This document shows, piece after piece, positions 13,755 to 25,285 of a stretch of 64,000 bases of DNA. Both the position numbers and the translations under genes were made by a program. Location: the NCBI RefSeq assembly GCF_032444005.1, contig NC_091284.1:572136001-572200000 (forward strand). The letters are read 5' to 3'. Positions within the stretch are counted from its first letter, which is position 1, and each line of letters begins with the position of its first letter. The notes below the pieces were generated by a model, which was given only the letters and a program-made list of their open reading frames with translations, did not search any database and was not told the DNA's origin. The DNA is from Ranitomeya imitator. Its lineage: Eukaryota.

Positions 13755-13899
13755 GCTTGGATCGCTCTAAACTTATTAATTTAGCATATTTGATGGGGAG
13801 TGATTATACGGAAGGAATACCCTCAATTGGCCATGTATCTGCCATGGAGATACTGAATGAATTTTCTGGGTATGGTCTAGAACCTCTGATAAACTTCAA
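13755..13899 (+). CDS. ERCC5: ERCC5/XPG internal coding exon (145 bp; equivalent to human exon 12), I-region helix-2-turn-helix of the nuclease
   Basis: ttttgcAG acceptor and AA|GTAAGT donor; translates (G)[47 protein letters not shown](K), recognisable XPG GxDYTxG motif; splice phases chain with the next exons. Confidence 0.96.
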
Positions 13900-14044
13900 G
13901 TAAGTTCTGTAGTATGCATGTGTGATTATATAGATCTATAATGTTTAAATATGGATTTGGTTGTCTGGAAGTACTCTTTAACTATAATTTAGTTATTTAA
14001 TTTTGCATCACCTTATCTGTGTCAATGGGTGTAATAATCTAATG

Positions 14045-15191
14045 CAGGAGGCTCAAACGCAGAGCCCAAAAAATGCATGCAGTCCCTGAGGCTGCTTCAT
14101 GCGGCCTGCAGTCACCAGAGATCCCGTGATGTGGCTCTGTCCTGGAACCGTGAGGCCGGCGATTCTTTACAGTTGAATGTGTATCCTTAGGCTAGGTTTA
14201 CATCGCGTTAGGGCAATTCTTTTAACGGATCCGTTTCTAAGCGGCACTAATGCAATTTAACTGATCGTTAACGCACGCATAGAATTACACTAGCGTAACG
14301 GATCCAAACGCATGTCAAAATCGGCATGCACTAGTGATGGTCCGTTATTTTGTGACGCACCTTCGAACGCGGACTACTAAGTTTTCGGGTCCGTAACGGC
14401 GAATGCACAGTGAATGGAAGCGTTCGCTCTGCATAAAACTCTATTGTTAACACATGCTAACGCAATGCAACCATGCGTTAATGCGATCGCAAAAATACAG
14501 ACAATTTGGGCTCATCGTTGGCGCATCAGTTTAATGGATTTGTTAAACGTATTGCCCTAACGCGATGTGAACCTAGCCTTAGACGCAGAAGGATTTTCTT
14601 AATGTACATTTGAAACGTGGCAGATTTAGGAACATTACTACAGGATGGGCACATAACTATAAGATGAGGACATTACTACAAAATGCAGACCAGGATGGGG
14701 ACAGTACTATAAGATGGAGACCAGAATGGGGACAGTACTACAAGATGCTGACCAGGACGAGGACTTTACTACAAGATGGAGATATTACTATAAGATGTTG
14801 GTCAGAATTACTACATGGTGCTAATTGTAAGACAAAATTACTGTATGTAGCCAATTGTGGGACACAATAAGGAAATAAAAAAAAGCTAAAATAAACAAAA
14901 AAATTGTACACTCAAAATGCTGTTTTAAATATAAACTAAAGTAAACAAAGTGCATGATTATTATCGCTGCATCCGTAATGACCGAAGCAATAAAACTGTA
15001 CCGTAACCCATAAGATGAATGCTATTTAAAAGGATAAAATTAAAAAACAAGCCAAAACATTTGGAAAAGGTGTATAGAAAAAACAATATTGTATCACTAA
15101 AAATATAATCTCACCCTGGAAAGAATGTGGCCCTTCAAGTTCACATTCTTCCATGTACGGCCCATATACTCAGCATTGTTTGAGACCCCTG
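14045..15191. mobile_element. non-autonomous hAT-like element with internal minisatellite
   Basis: CAGGAGGCTCAAAC ... GTTTGAGACCCCTG ends; repeats like GGACATTACTACAAGATGG at about 14630-14820; TSD not clean. Confidence 0.55.
14190..14578. mobile_element. Harbinger-type MITE
   Basis: TTA|GGCTAGGTTTACATCGCGTTAGGGCAAT ... ATTGCCCTAACGCGATGTGAACCTAGCC|TTA. Confidence 0.85.
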
Positions 15192-16587
15192 AAATGTACT
15201 GTCTTATGGTTTCAAGGAGCTCTAAGCTTCTGTAAAATAGAGATCAAATTATACATACTACTTTGTTACATTCTTTGTTAGTGGATAGGTCATCTGTGTC
15301 TGATCGGTCAGTCCTACACGCGGCACCCCCACCGACCAGCTCATCTCAGAGTCAGTAGTGGCCACCAGCCAGAACTTCTCACTTGCGGAGCTGGCAGTCT
15401 TCTGATAGTGGCTGCCTCCTATTAACTTGAATAGGAGGTGGATGTGAAGTGGCCGCGACAGGGTACGATCAGGAGACACCGAGAGCAACTGATCGGCGCG
15501 GGTGCCAGGTGTTGGACCCTGATGGATCAGATGTTCATGAACTATCCTAAGGATAGGTAGTCAATGCTATAGTGGACAACCTCTTTTTAATGTAAGGGAA
15601 CTTCAAAGCGGACCTATCGCCAAGTTAAAACCATATCACAGGATTTTCTGAGGATATGTCTTTTTTAATGGGTTGTCCAGGTTTAACACGAAAGTCTGCA
15701 GTCCCTCTGTGTGATGGCAAACTTGTGAATACTTGCAGCACACTGTCCGGATTCTTCAGCGTCTGCTGGTGGCTCGGTCATAAAACTGCAAGACCCTGGA
15801 GAAAGCAGCAGTAGCTGAGTATATTAATACACTTGCACAACACTACATGCCCATATACACAGATTTAATTAAAAAATATATAGTTTGGAGTGCTTCTATA
15901 ATGTTTAGGCAGCATGATCTTATGACCAGTTCCCCTTTTAAAGTTCTATTGGGTTTTATTTTATGCACAAGCAATATACACTCGTGTCGTGTAATCTAAT
16001 CTATTGTCATATGGCTTCAAAGATTTTTAATGTTTACAGACAATTATGTGTGTTATACTATTAAGTGTTCAAAGCATTCTTTCCTTGTCCATTCATTATA
16101 ACTGAAGCCCCAACCTTCCTCTGCTCAGATCTTCTTAAAGACTGTAAAGCTATTGCAGATGTTGAAGCTTCTTAATTACAAGTATTTGATTTGGAGAGGA
16201 GACTTTGAAAGGCACTTGGAGTTGCAGAGACTAATTTGGTGGTAGAAACTGTGGGTGGTATCCATTTACAGTGCCTGGCATTCTCGTTCTGTAAAAACAA
16301 GTTTATGTAATGGGACTCATTCAAGGAGCTGTCAACTCTTGATGTTTAAAAATACCATGTTTGAATAGAAGCTGACCTGCACTACGCAAGCGTGGCCACT
16401 AGACTGTGCACTGAGTTTTCTGTCCCGCTCCATACACAGTTTACACCTTGCCACCACCAGAGTTCGTAACATCAGATTGAGGGAACGACCCTCAGCACCA
16501 CCACCAGTATGATATTGCTCACCTATCCTAAGAATAGGATAGAGCATCAGTAATAAAACAGTCCCTTTTAACCAAATTTCTTTGCAG

Positions 16588-16788
16588 GGATTGGTGGGCA
16601 GAAGCCCAAAAGAATAAGAAGATCAGCGTTAATCCTAACGATACCAAAGTGAAGAGGAAATTACGTAATCTGGAGCTACAACCTGCGTTTCCTAACCCTG
16701 CTGTAGCTGATGCATATTTGAAGCCTGTGGTAGATGATTCCAAAGGAGCTTTTGCCTGGGGAAGGCCAGATCTAGATGAAATCCGGGA
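16588..16788 (+). CDS. ERCC5: ERCC5/XPG internal coding exon (201 bp; equivalent to human exon 13)
   Basis: tttgcAG acceptor; [66 protein letters not shown](E); ends at a U12 donor ATATCCTTT. Confidence 0.96.
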
Positions 16789-17572
16789 ATATCCTTTACA
16801 TAGTTACAATTTGTATAGAATCATCCAGAATAAGATTTTAGAAGTCTTTCAAATAAACTTGTATTCTCACATTTTTATGTATGTTACAGTTTTTCAGAAC
16901 ATGGTTTCATTATTAAAGAGGACCTTTCACCAGTTTGAGCATTTTAAACTGTCAACATCCTGGATTGGTGGCGGCCGAACTGACTTAAAATCTACTGTTG
17001 TTTTTATTTTTCATCTTTATTACAGAAGTATTAGCATAGATTAGGATCTAAACTGTACAAGCTGAGACCAAGAGGGTGTTGGCATAGATTGGACTCTAGG
17101 GGCATGCTCACTACATGACACCCCCTGCTTCTGATAGGCCAAAATCATGCAGGGGAATTAAAAACACTCTCCGAGAAAAGGTCATAGCAGGCCTTTTCAT
17201 TTTGAGACATGTCACGACACACAGCCATGCTCTCTGATCTCTCTGAATCTACGGAGTAGACTAGAGCAGAGCTACAGTATGTGTGATTACAAACACTTTT
17301 TGCAGCTTTTCTCTCTGTCTATGGGTTTAATCTGGTATCGCAACCTATCTGATCTATTGAAATTATTGGGACTGAATTGAATAGTCAAAAGCACAACCAG
17401 TGGAAAGGAGCAGAATCCCTTTTGTTTTGTTTTGTTTTTTCCTTGACCACTCCTTTTTTTTAATTTATTTATTTTTATTTTTTTATTGCTTGCATCCTTG
17501 TTTACATAGATGAAGCATTAATTGTACACTGTAGTACTTACAATTTAAACCAGTTTTCTTAACTCCAAATAC
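16789..17572 (+). other. ERCC5: U12-type (minor spliceosome) AT-AC intron of ERCC5
   Basis: 5' end ATATCCTTT (16789-16797); branch site TTTCTTAAC (17555-17563); terminal AC at 17571-17572; joining GA|A restores the XPG frame ...EIRE-FCESRFGW. Confidence 0.93.
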
Positions 17573-17657
17573 ATTTTGTGAGAGCCGCTTTGGCTGGTAT
17601 CGATCCAAAACTGATGAAGTTTTACTGCCAGTGATGAAACAGTTAAATTCACAGCAG
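17573..17657 (+). CDS. ERCC5: ERCC5/XPG internal coding exon (85 bp; equivalent to human exon 14)
   Basis: (E)FCESRFGWYRSKTDEVLLPVMKQLNSQQ followed by CAG|GTAAGT. Confidence 0.95.
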
Positions 17658-18388
17658 GTAAGTCCCTATTTGCTCAAACATATTCTTTAATCGTAGATGT
17701 GTGCATTTAATATAATGGATCTTTTGAATTATTATTATTTTTATTTTATTTTTCCTAGAAACCGTGCACCTCTGTGAATAGGCTGTATCTGGCATTGCTA
17801 CTCATTCCCATATAACTAAATAAGACTGGGGTCCAATGTCATACATAGCCAATAGGCAAGAGCGTTGCTGTGTTTGTTTTTTTTTTGTTTTTTTTTTTGA
17901 GGAGGTGGGGGTTGTTTGTAACCTTGGGTCAGATTTCCACCTATGTGATATTGATGACCTATCCTAAGGAAAGTACACAACAAAGATATTCCTATAAATA
18001 CACCGAACATCCCAAATAGAGTAAACTATTAGCTGTATGTTATCACTTCAAAAGACACATTAGACCAACAAAAATAAAAACCTTTTAAATACACATAAAA
18101 GCATAATGGGGCCTGAATATTAAATATTCATACCTAGTAAGTGACCATGCCCTAAATAGCGCAATAAACTAGGCCTGAAAACAGTGGCTGTTTTAAACTA
18201 AATAGGGCTATAGTATATCATATATACGAATACAAAGGAGAAAAATGACCTATCCAATAATTCAGACAATTGCACCATTTAGTAATTTGACATCCAAACA
18301 GTATAAGTGTGCTGAAAACATTACAGGGAGTGGATACTAAATAATTGCTTGTATAAACTCCCACACGTATCGCTGCCAATTGGCAGCT

Positions 18389-18925
18389 AACTGTTTATCA
18401 GGGAAACGCAGTAGATGTAGTATATCTTGACTTCAGCAAAGCATTTGACAATGTCACACTATCCTTATTGAAAAAATTACCAAGTATAGAAGGCAACTGT
18501 TAGGTGGATTCATAACTGGCTTAGTGATCGGACCCAAAGAGTGGTCATAAATAGCTGCGCTTCTATTTTGAAGAATGTCTCAAGTAAGATACCACAAGGC
18601 TTTGCTCTGGGCCCTGCGTTGTTCTTTATCAATGATTTAGATGAAGTAATTGAGGGTTAACTGATTAAATTTACTGATGACACAAAGTTAGGAGGGATAG
18701 CTAATACTAGAGAAGAAAAATGAAAAAAAGCATATACAAACTGGAAGGATTAGGGCTAATCAACAGCACATGTGAAAAAGACTTGGGTACACTAATAGAT
18801 CACAGACTGCACATGAGTCAACAGTGTGATGCTGCAGCAGCAAACAAACCAAACATTTTAAGCTATATTAAGAGGATGATACAGTCTAGATCACGAAAAT
18901 ACTTCAGACAGATGTCCAGCCTCTA
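18389..18925 (+). mobile_element. old CR1 LINE reverse-transcriptase fragment
   Basis: QGNAVDVVYLDFSKAFD and IKFTDDTKLGG recognisable in broken frames. Confidence 0.8.
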
Positions 18926-19940
18926 ATACCAGAAGACCCAGACTCATGGTAATATGTGGACAGAGCACTATACACTCAGCCACAGAAAAAAAAACACTCC
19001 AAAATAAGCATTATAAAATAGGAGCACAGGAGTGTTTAAAAATGTACAAAAATACTTTATTAGCACCTAAAATATTACATACTAATCACACCAAACAAGT
19101 GCAAAATGAGGACACACAGTAGTGGTTCTCTGCAGAAATGTATAATTACAGAAAGTTCATATACAGGTCAGAAAATTCTTTATGGTAAGGTCTACTATGT
19201 AAGTTTGTATCCCTTTAATTAAATACTGCCTCAAATAGGGAAAACACTACATAAATCTCCCATATCAAAAAGAATCATTGGTATCACTTCAGAGGTACAA
19301 ACACGAATGTGGAATAAAAGGTACTGTATATACTCGTTTGGAAGTGCATTTGAACAGCAAGGTGGATTGCTGTTGAGGGGAACTAGAGAAAAAAAAAAAT
19401 CTATAAATCTTCAGCATAGCGAGTGTGAGCGAGCTAAGTGTGACCAGAGCGTAAGTGTGGACAGCGGTAAGTGTGACTTGTGATTCAGTGAAGAGGTATT
19501 TGGAAAGCCTTTAACAAATACCTGTGTGAATTGGTGTGAGTTGCTGAATTGGGAGTAGCTATATTCATAAGGGGTTAACTTAGGGTGGGGGCTCATAGTT
19601 AAGGGTTTATAAGGGGCAGCTGTTTGGGGCTCAAGTCCTTTTTGGAAGTGCACTTGAACAGCAAGGTGGATTGCTGTTGAGGGGAACTAGAGAAAAAAAA
19701 ATCTATAAATCTTCAGCATAGCGAGTGTGAGCGAGCTGAGTGTGACCAGAGCGTAAGTGTGGACGGCGGTAAGTGTGACTTGTGATTCAGTGACTTTGGA
19801 GTCAGGGAGTTTCCAAGGGAGGAAGTACTGAATTGCTGTCTTTTTTTTTTTTTTTTTTTTTTTAATTAATACTTTGTATTTATTTTTTATTTATTTATTT
19901 TTTATTTAACTTTTCTGTCTGGTGCAATCCCCATTAGGAA

Positions 19941-20864
19941 ATGTGCTCCACGATTGTTAATGCCATCCAGTGCACATCTTGCCACATGTATGCAGTCCTT
20001 GAGCAGCCGATCGAGGGTGCATACTGCTGTGCGAGATGTGAGCACGTTGTGCATTTGGAAACCCAGATTCTGACTCTAAATGTGCAGCTGGCAACACTGA
20101 GATCCATTGACAATATGGAGAGGAGTCTTCTGCTCACGGAGCAGACGCTCTATGGGACAGATGAGGGGGGGATGGTAGGATGGAGCTGCAGGACGGTGAA
20201 GTAGCAAGCTGGATGACAGTTAGGAGGTGGGGTAGAGGGAAGAGTGCCAGGGAGGCTAGTCCTGATCTGGAACACCCCAATAAGTTTGCTAAGTTGGCAG
20301 ATGAGGGGGGTGCCAGTACAGGGGTAGCACTGCTGCAGCCAGGCATGTCCTCTGAAAGCCGGGGGAGTGACTGCTCCAGTAAGGAGGGAAATAGGAGAGC
20401 AGGGCAGGCCAGACAGGTGCTGGTAGTGGGGGACTCCATTATTAGGGGAACAGATAGGGCAATCTGTCACAAAGACAGGGATCTTCGAACGGTGTGCTGC
20501 CTACCTGGCGCTCGAGTCCGACACATCGCTGATCAAGTGGACAGATTACTGGGAGGGGCTGGTGAGGACACAGCGATCATGGTGCACATAGGCACAAATG
20601 ACAAAGTTAGAGGTATGTGGAAGGTCCTTAAAGATGATTTCAGGGAATTAGGCTGCAACGCCAGAGAGGCAACGGGAGATTAGGGAGGTTAATAAGTGGC
20701 TCAAGAATTGGTGTAGGAAGGAGGGGTTTGGGTTCCTGCAGAACTGGGCCGACTTCTCAGTTGGCTACAGGCTCTACGCTAGGGATGGACTGCACCTCAA
20801 TGGGGAAGGTGCAGCTGTGCTGGAGGAGAAAATAGCTAGAAGGTTGGAGGATTGTTTAAACTAG
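19941..20864 (+). pseudogene. CR1 ORF1: CxxC...CxxC zinc finger and SGNH esterase, frameshifted and internally deleted
   Basis: CTSC...CARC; VLVVGDSIIRG; VHIGTND; RDGLHLN; ends ...GAT TGT TTA AAC TAG. Confidence 0.88.
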
Positions 20865-23803
20865 GGATTCGGGGGGAGGGTATTCATTTCATAGGAGGGG
20901 AAGATAGTGCAGACAGAGACCTGGGCACAAATAAGGAAGTTGGGGGTGGTGGTGGCATGGGGGGTGGGGTTAGAACAGTTAATAATTTAAGAAAGAGTAG
21001 AGGTACAGAGAGGAACATCAAGTGCATGTATACTAATGGCAGAAGCCTCGCCAACAAAATGGACGAATTAGAACGAATGTTGTTGGAGCATAATTATGAC
21101 ATGGTGGGGATATCTGAAACGTGGCTGGATGAGAGCCATGACTGGGCTGTTAACTTGCATGGCTATAGTCTGTTCAGAAATGACCGTACAGATAAGCGAG
21201 GGGGTGGGGTGTGTCTATATGTAAAATTGTCCTTAAAACCCATCCGGCGTGATAATATAGGTGAATTTAATGAAAATGTAGAATCCCTGTGGGTGGAGAT
21301 AAGGGGAGGGGGAAAAAATAATAAATTACTGATAGAGGTTTGTTATAAATCTCCAAAAATAATGGAAGCAATGGAGAATATCCTCGTAAAGCAAATAGAT
21401 GAAGCTGCGACTCAAGGAGAAGTCATTATTATGGGGGACTTCAACTACCCTGAAATAGATTGGGGAACAGAAACCTGCAGTTCCAGCAAAGGTAATCGGT
21501 TTTTGACAACTATGAGAGACAATTACCTTTCACAACTGGTTCAGGACCCAACAAGAAGGGGGGCACTGCTAGACCTAATATTAACCAACAGGCCAGACCG
21601 CATAGCAAATATAAGGGTTGGGGGTTACTTGGGAAATAGCGATCACAAAATAATAAGTTTTCATGTATCCTTTAAAAAGATGTGTAATAGAGTGGTTACA
21701 AGGACACTAAACTTCAGGAGGGCAAATTTCCAACGGATGAGAGAGGATCTTGGTGCAATTAAATGGGATGATATCCTGAGACACAAAAATACACAAAGAA
21801 AATGGGAGACGTTTATTAACATCCTGGATAGGACCTGTGCACAGTATATGCCGTATGGGAATAAACATACTAGGAATAGGAGGAAACCAATATGGCTAAA
21901 TAGAGCTGTAAGGGGCGCAATAAGTGACAAAAAGAAAGCATTTAGAGAATTAAAGGCAGTAGGTAGTGAGGAGGCATTAAATAAATACAAAAAATTAAAT
22001 AAATTGTGTAAAAAGCAAATCAAGGCAGCAAAGATTGAGACAGAGAGACTTATTGCCAGAGAGAGTAAAAATAATCCCAAAATATTCTTTAACTACATAA
22101 ATAGTAAGAAACTAAAAAATGATAGTGTTGGCCCCCTTAAAAATAGTCTGGGTGAAATGGTGGATGAGGATGAGGAAAAAGCCAATATGCTAAATGACTT
22201 TTTTTCATCAGTATTTACACAAGAAAATCCCATGGCAGACAAAATGTCTAGTGCTAAAAATTCCCCATTAAATGTCACCTGCTTAACCCAGCAGGAAGTA
22301 TGTTAGCGTCTAAAAATCACTAAAATTGACAAATCTCCGGGCCCAGATGGGATACACACTCGAGTACTGCAGGATTTAAGTACAGTCATTGATAGACCAT
22401 TATTTTTAATCTTTAAAGACTCCATAATAACAGGGTCTGTACCACAGGACTGGCGTATAGCAAATGTGGTGCCAATATTCAAAAAGGGGACAAAAACTGA
22501 ACTCGGAAATTATAGGCCAGTAAGCTTAACCTCTACTGTGGGTAAAATCCTGGAGGGCATTCTAAGGGATGCTATACTGGAGTATCTGAAGAGGAATAAC
22601 CTCATGACCCAGTATCAGCACGGGTTTACTAGGGACCGTTCATGTCAGACTAATTTGATCAGTTTCTATGAAGAGGTAAGTTCCGGACTGGACCAAAGGA
22701 ACCCAGTAGATGTAGTGTATATGGACTTTTCAAAAGCTTTTGATACGGTGCCACACAAAAGGTTGATACATAAAATGAGAATAATGGGGATAGGGGAAAA
22801 TATGTGTAAGTGGGTTGAGAGCTGGCTCAGGGATAGGAAACAAAGGGTGGTTATTAATGGAGCACACTCGGACTGGGTAGCGGTTAGCAGTGGGGTACCA
22901 CAGGGGTCAGTATTGGGCCCTCTTCTTTTTAACATATTTATTAATGACCTTGTAGGGGGCATTCAGAGTAGAATTTCAATATTTGCAGATGACCCTAAAC
23001 TCTGCAGGGTAATCAATCCAGAGGAGGACAATTTTATATTACAGGATGATTTATGTAAACTAGAAGCTTGGGCTGATAAATGGCAAATGAGCTTTAATGG
23101 GGATAAATGTAAGGTCATGCACTTGGGTAGAAGTAATAAGATGTATAATTATGTGCTTAATTCTAAAACTCTGGGCAAAACCGTCAATGAAAAAGACCTG
23201 GGTGTATGGGTGGATGACAAACTCATATTCAGGGGCCTGTGTCAGGCAGCTGCTACAAAGGCAAATAAAATAATGGGATGCATTAAAAGAGGCATAGATG
23301 CTCATGAGGAGAACATAATTTTACCTCTATACAAGTCACTAGTTCGACCACATTTAGAATACTGGGCACAGTTCTGGTCTCCGGTGTATAAGAAAGACAT
23401 AGCTGAACTGGAGCGGGTGCAGAGAAGAGCGACCAAGGTTATTAGAGGACTGGGGGGTCTGCAATACCAAGATAGGTTATTACACTTGGGGCTATTTAGT
23501 TTGGAAAAACAAAGACTAAGGGGTGATCTTATGTTAATGTATAGATATATGAGGGGACAGTACAAAGGCCTTTCTGATGATCTTTTTAATCATAGACCTG
23601 AAACAGGGACAAGGGGGCATCCTCTGCGTTTGGAGGAAAAAAGGTTTAAGCATAATAACAGACGCGGATTCTTTACTGTAAGAGCAGTGAGACTATGGAA
23701 CTGTCTGCCGTATGATGTTGTAATGAGTGATTCATTACTTAAATTTAAGAGGGGACTGGATACCTTTCTGGAAAAGTGTAATGTTACAGGGTATATACAC
23801 TAG
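20855..23803 (+). pseudogene. CR1 ORF2: apurinic endonuclease and reverse transcriptase with one in-frame stop
   Basis: CMYTNGRSL, ISETWLD, MGDFN, SDH, KSPGPDG, YRPVSLTS, GVPQGSVLGP, FADD; ORFs 20852-22306 and 22466-23803 share a frame, separated by TAG at 22304-22306. Confidence 0.93.
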
Positions 23804-24016
23804 ATTCCTTGATAGGGCTTTGATCCAGGAACTAGTCTGATTGCCGTATATGTGGAGTCGGGAAGGAATTTTTTTCCCCAAGGTGGAGCTTACTCTTTGC
23901 CACATGGGGTGTTTTTGCCTTCCTCTGGATCAACATGTTAGGGCAAGTTAGGTTAGGCTATGGGTTGAACTAGATGGACTTATAGTCTTCCTTCAACCTT
24001 AACTATGTAACTATGT

Positions 24017-24410
24017 AAGCCAAGTTTTTCAGCACATTTTTTGTGCTGAAAACGCCCCCCTCAGCTTATACACTAGTCAATTGTCCCAGAAAACCGAGGG
24101 GGAGCAGTGGGTCACAGAGGAAGGAATCGGCTGTGGCAAAAGCCTGTGCCGCTGCTAAAGAGAAATTAATATTAATTTCTCTTATAGCGCGCACAGTGAC
24201 ACTCGCAGCCGCCGGCTTCCAGAAGACATCCTACTCACCCTCCAGCGTGCCCTCCCAGTATCTTGTTAGTCTCGGCGCCCTCGCATCATCTCGTTGGTTC
24301 TGGTTTTCAGAAGCTCTTCCTGTGCTGGGCAATCACATGACACCGCTCATTAAGGTAATGAATATGCATGCGTGTCCACTTTCATAGGTGTGGAGGGAAT
24401 ATTCATTACC
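24017..24410 (+). mobile_element. remnant of a Tc2/pogo-like non-autonomous element
   Basis: AAGCCAAGTTTTTCAGCACATTTTTTGTGCTGAAAA...CTCAGCTTATAC; outer TIR bases lie at 19324-19336, left of the CR1. Family assignment is from memory. Confidence 0.45.
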
Positions 24411-24414
24411 TTAA

Positions 24415-25123
24415 CCCCTTCCCGACCTGTGACGCCACGTGGGCGTCATGAAAGTCGGTGCTAATCCGACCTGTGACGCCTATGTGGCGTCATGGTAGGA
24501 TCGTATCCCTGCAGATCGGGTGAAAGGGTTAACTAATTTCACCCGACCTGCAGGGACCTTTCACCCGACCTTTGCCCCCCACCTCTGTGGCTATGATCAC
24601 TCTGATTGGCTGTTGAAAATGACATTACACTTTCAATCAGAGCAATCGTAATATTTCACCAATGAAAATTGGTTAAATATTACAATCCAGCCATGGCCGA
24701 TGCTGCAATATCATTGGCCATGGCTGGAGACCACGATCTGCCTCTGCCTCTGTCCTGTCCGTCCTGTCCTCTACCCCCCCCCCCCCCCTCCGTCCTCCAG
24801 TCCGCTCTCCCAGTGCTCCGATCCCACCCCCTCATACTTGCCGACCTCCGGTGTCCGTCCGTCTTCTGCATGGGCGCGGCCATCTTCCAAAATGGTGGGC
24901 GCATGTGCGCCCGCCGAATCTGCCGGTAGATTCATTTTGATCACTGTGATAGATCATATCACAGTGATCAAAATAAAAAAAATAGTAAATAACCCCCCCT
25001 TTATCACCCCCATAGGTAGGGAACATAATAAAATAAAGAAAATATATTTATTTTTATTTTTCCACTAGGGTTAGGGTTAGAACTAGGGTTAGGGTTAGAA
25101 CTAGGGTTAGAGTTAGAATTAGG
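24415..25123. mobile_element. piggyBac-like element left part ending in TTAGGG-like repeats
   Basis: TTAA|CCCCTTCCCGACC; 24830-25065 matches the core of the composite MITEs; (TTAGGG/TTAGAA)n at 25066-25123. Confidence 0.65.
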
Positions 25124-25285
25124 CTATGTGCGGATTGGCCGCTGCAGATTCGTAGCAGTTTTCCATCACGTTTACACATGGAAGTTCATTCTATGTTCTC
25201 CGTAGTACACGCCTGCGCAATCTTGCCTTGCGCAGGCGTGTACTACGGAGGACATTGAATGAACTTCAATCCAATATTGCGGCCA

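Larger units (their letters stand above)
19337..24016 (+). mobile_element. near full-length CR1-clade LINE in ERCC5 intron (sense orientation)
   Basis: 5' UTR with duplicated block, ORF1 (zinc finger and SGNH esterase), ORF2 (APE and RT), 3' tail (AACTATGT)n; it appears to split the terminal repeat of a Tc2/pogo-like element (CTGTATATACTCG | AAGCCAAG). Confidence 0.95.

Noticed and set aside
16649-17044. Stand-alone 131-aa gene
   Set aside because: It is the ERCC5 exon plus read-through into the U12 intron.
17611-17620. CTGATGAAG hammerhead core
   Set aside because: Lies in ERCC5 coding sequence (TDEV) with no stems or GAAA.
17740-17800. Acceptor-like TTTCCTAG after the 85-bp exon as an extra exon
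   Set aside because: No XPG-like coding or convincing donor; the existing exon chain is already in frame.
21661-23565. Antisense ORFs over CR1 ORF2, and the plus-strand ORFs over Gypsy pol (62282-63796)
   Set aside because: Shadow frames of coding retroelement sequence with no independent motifs.
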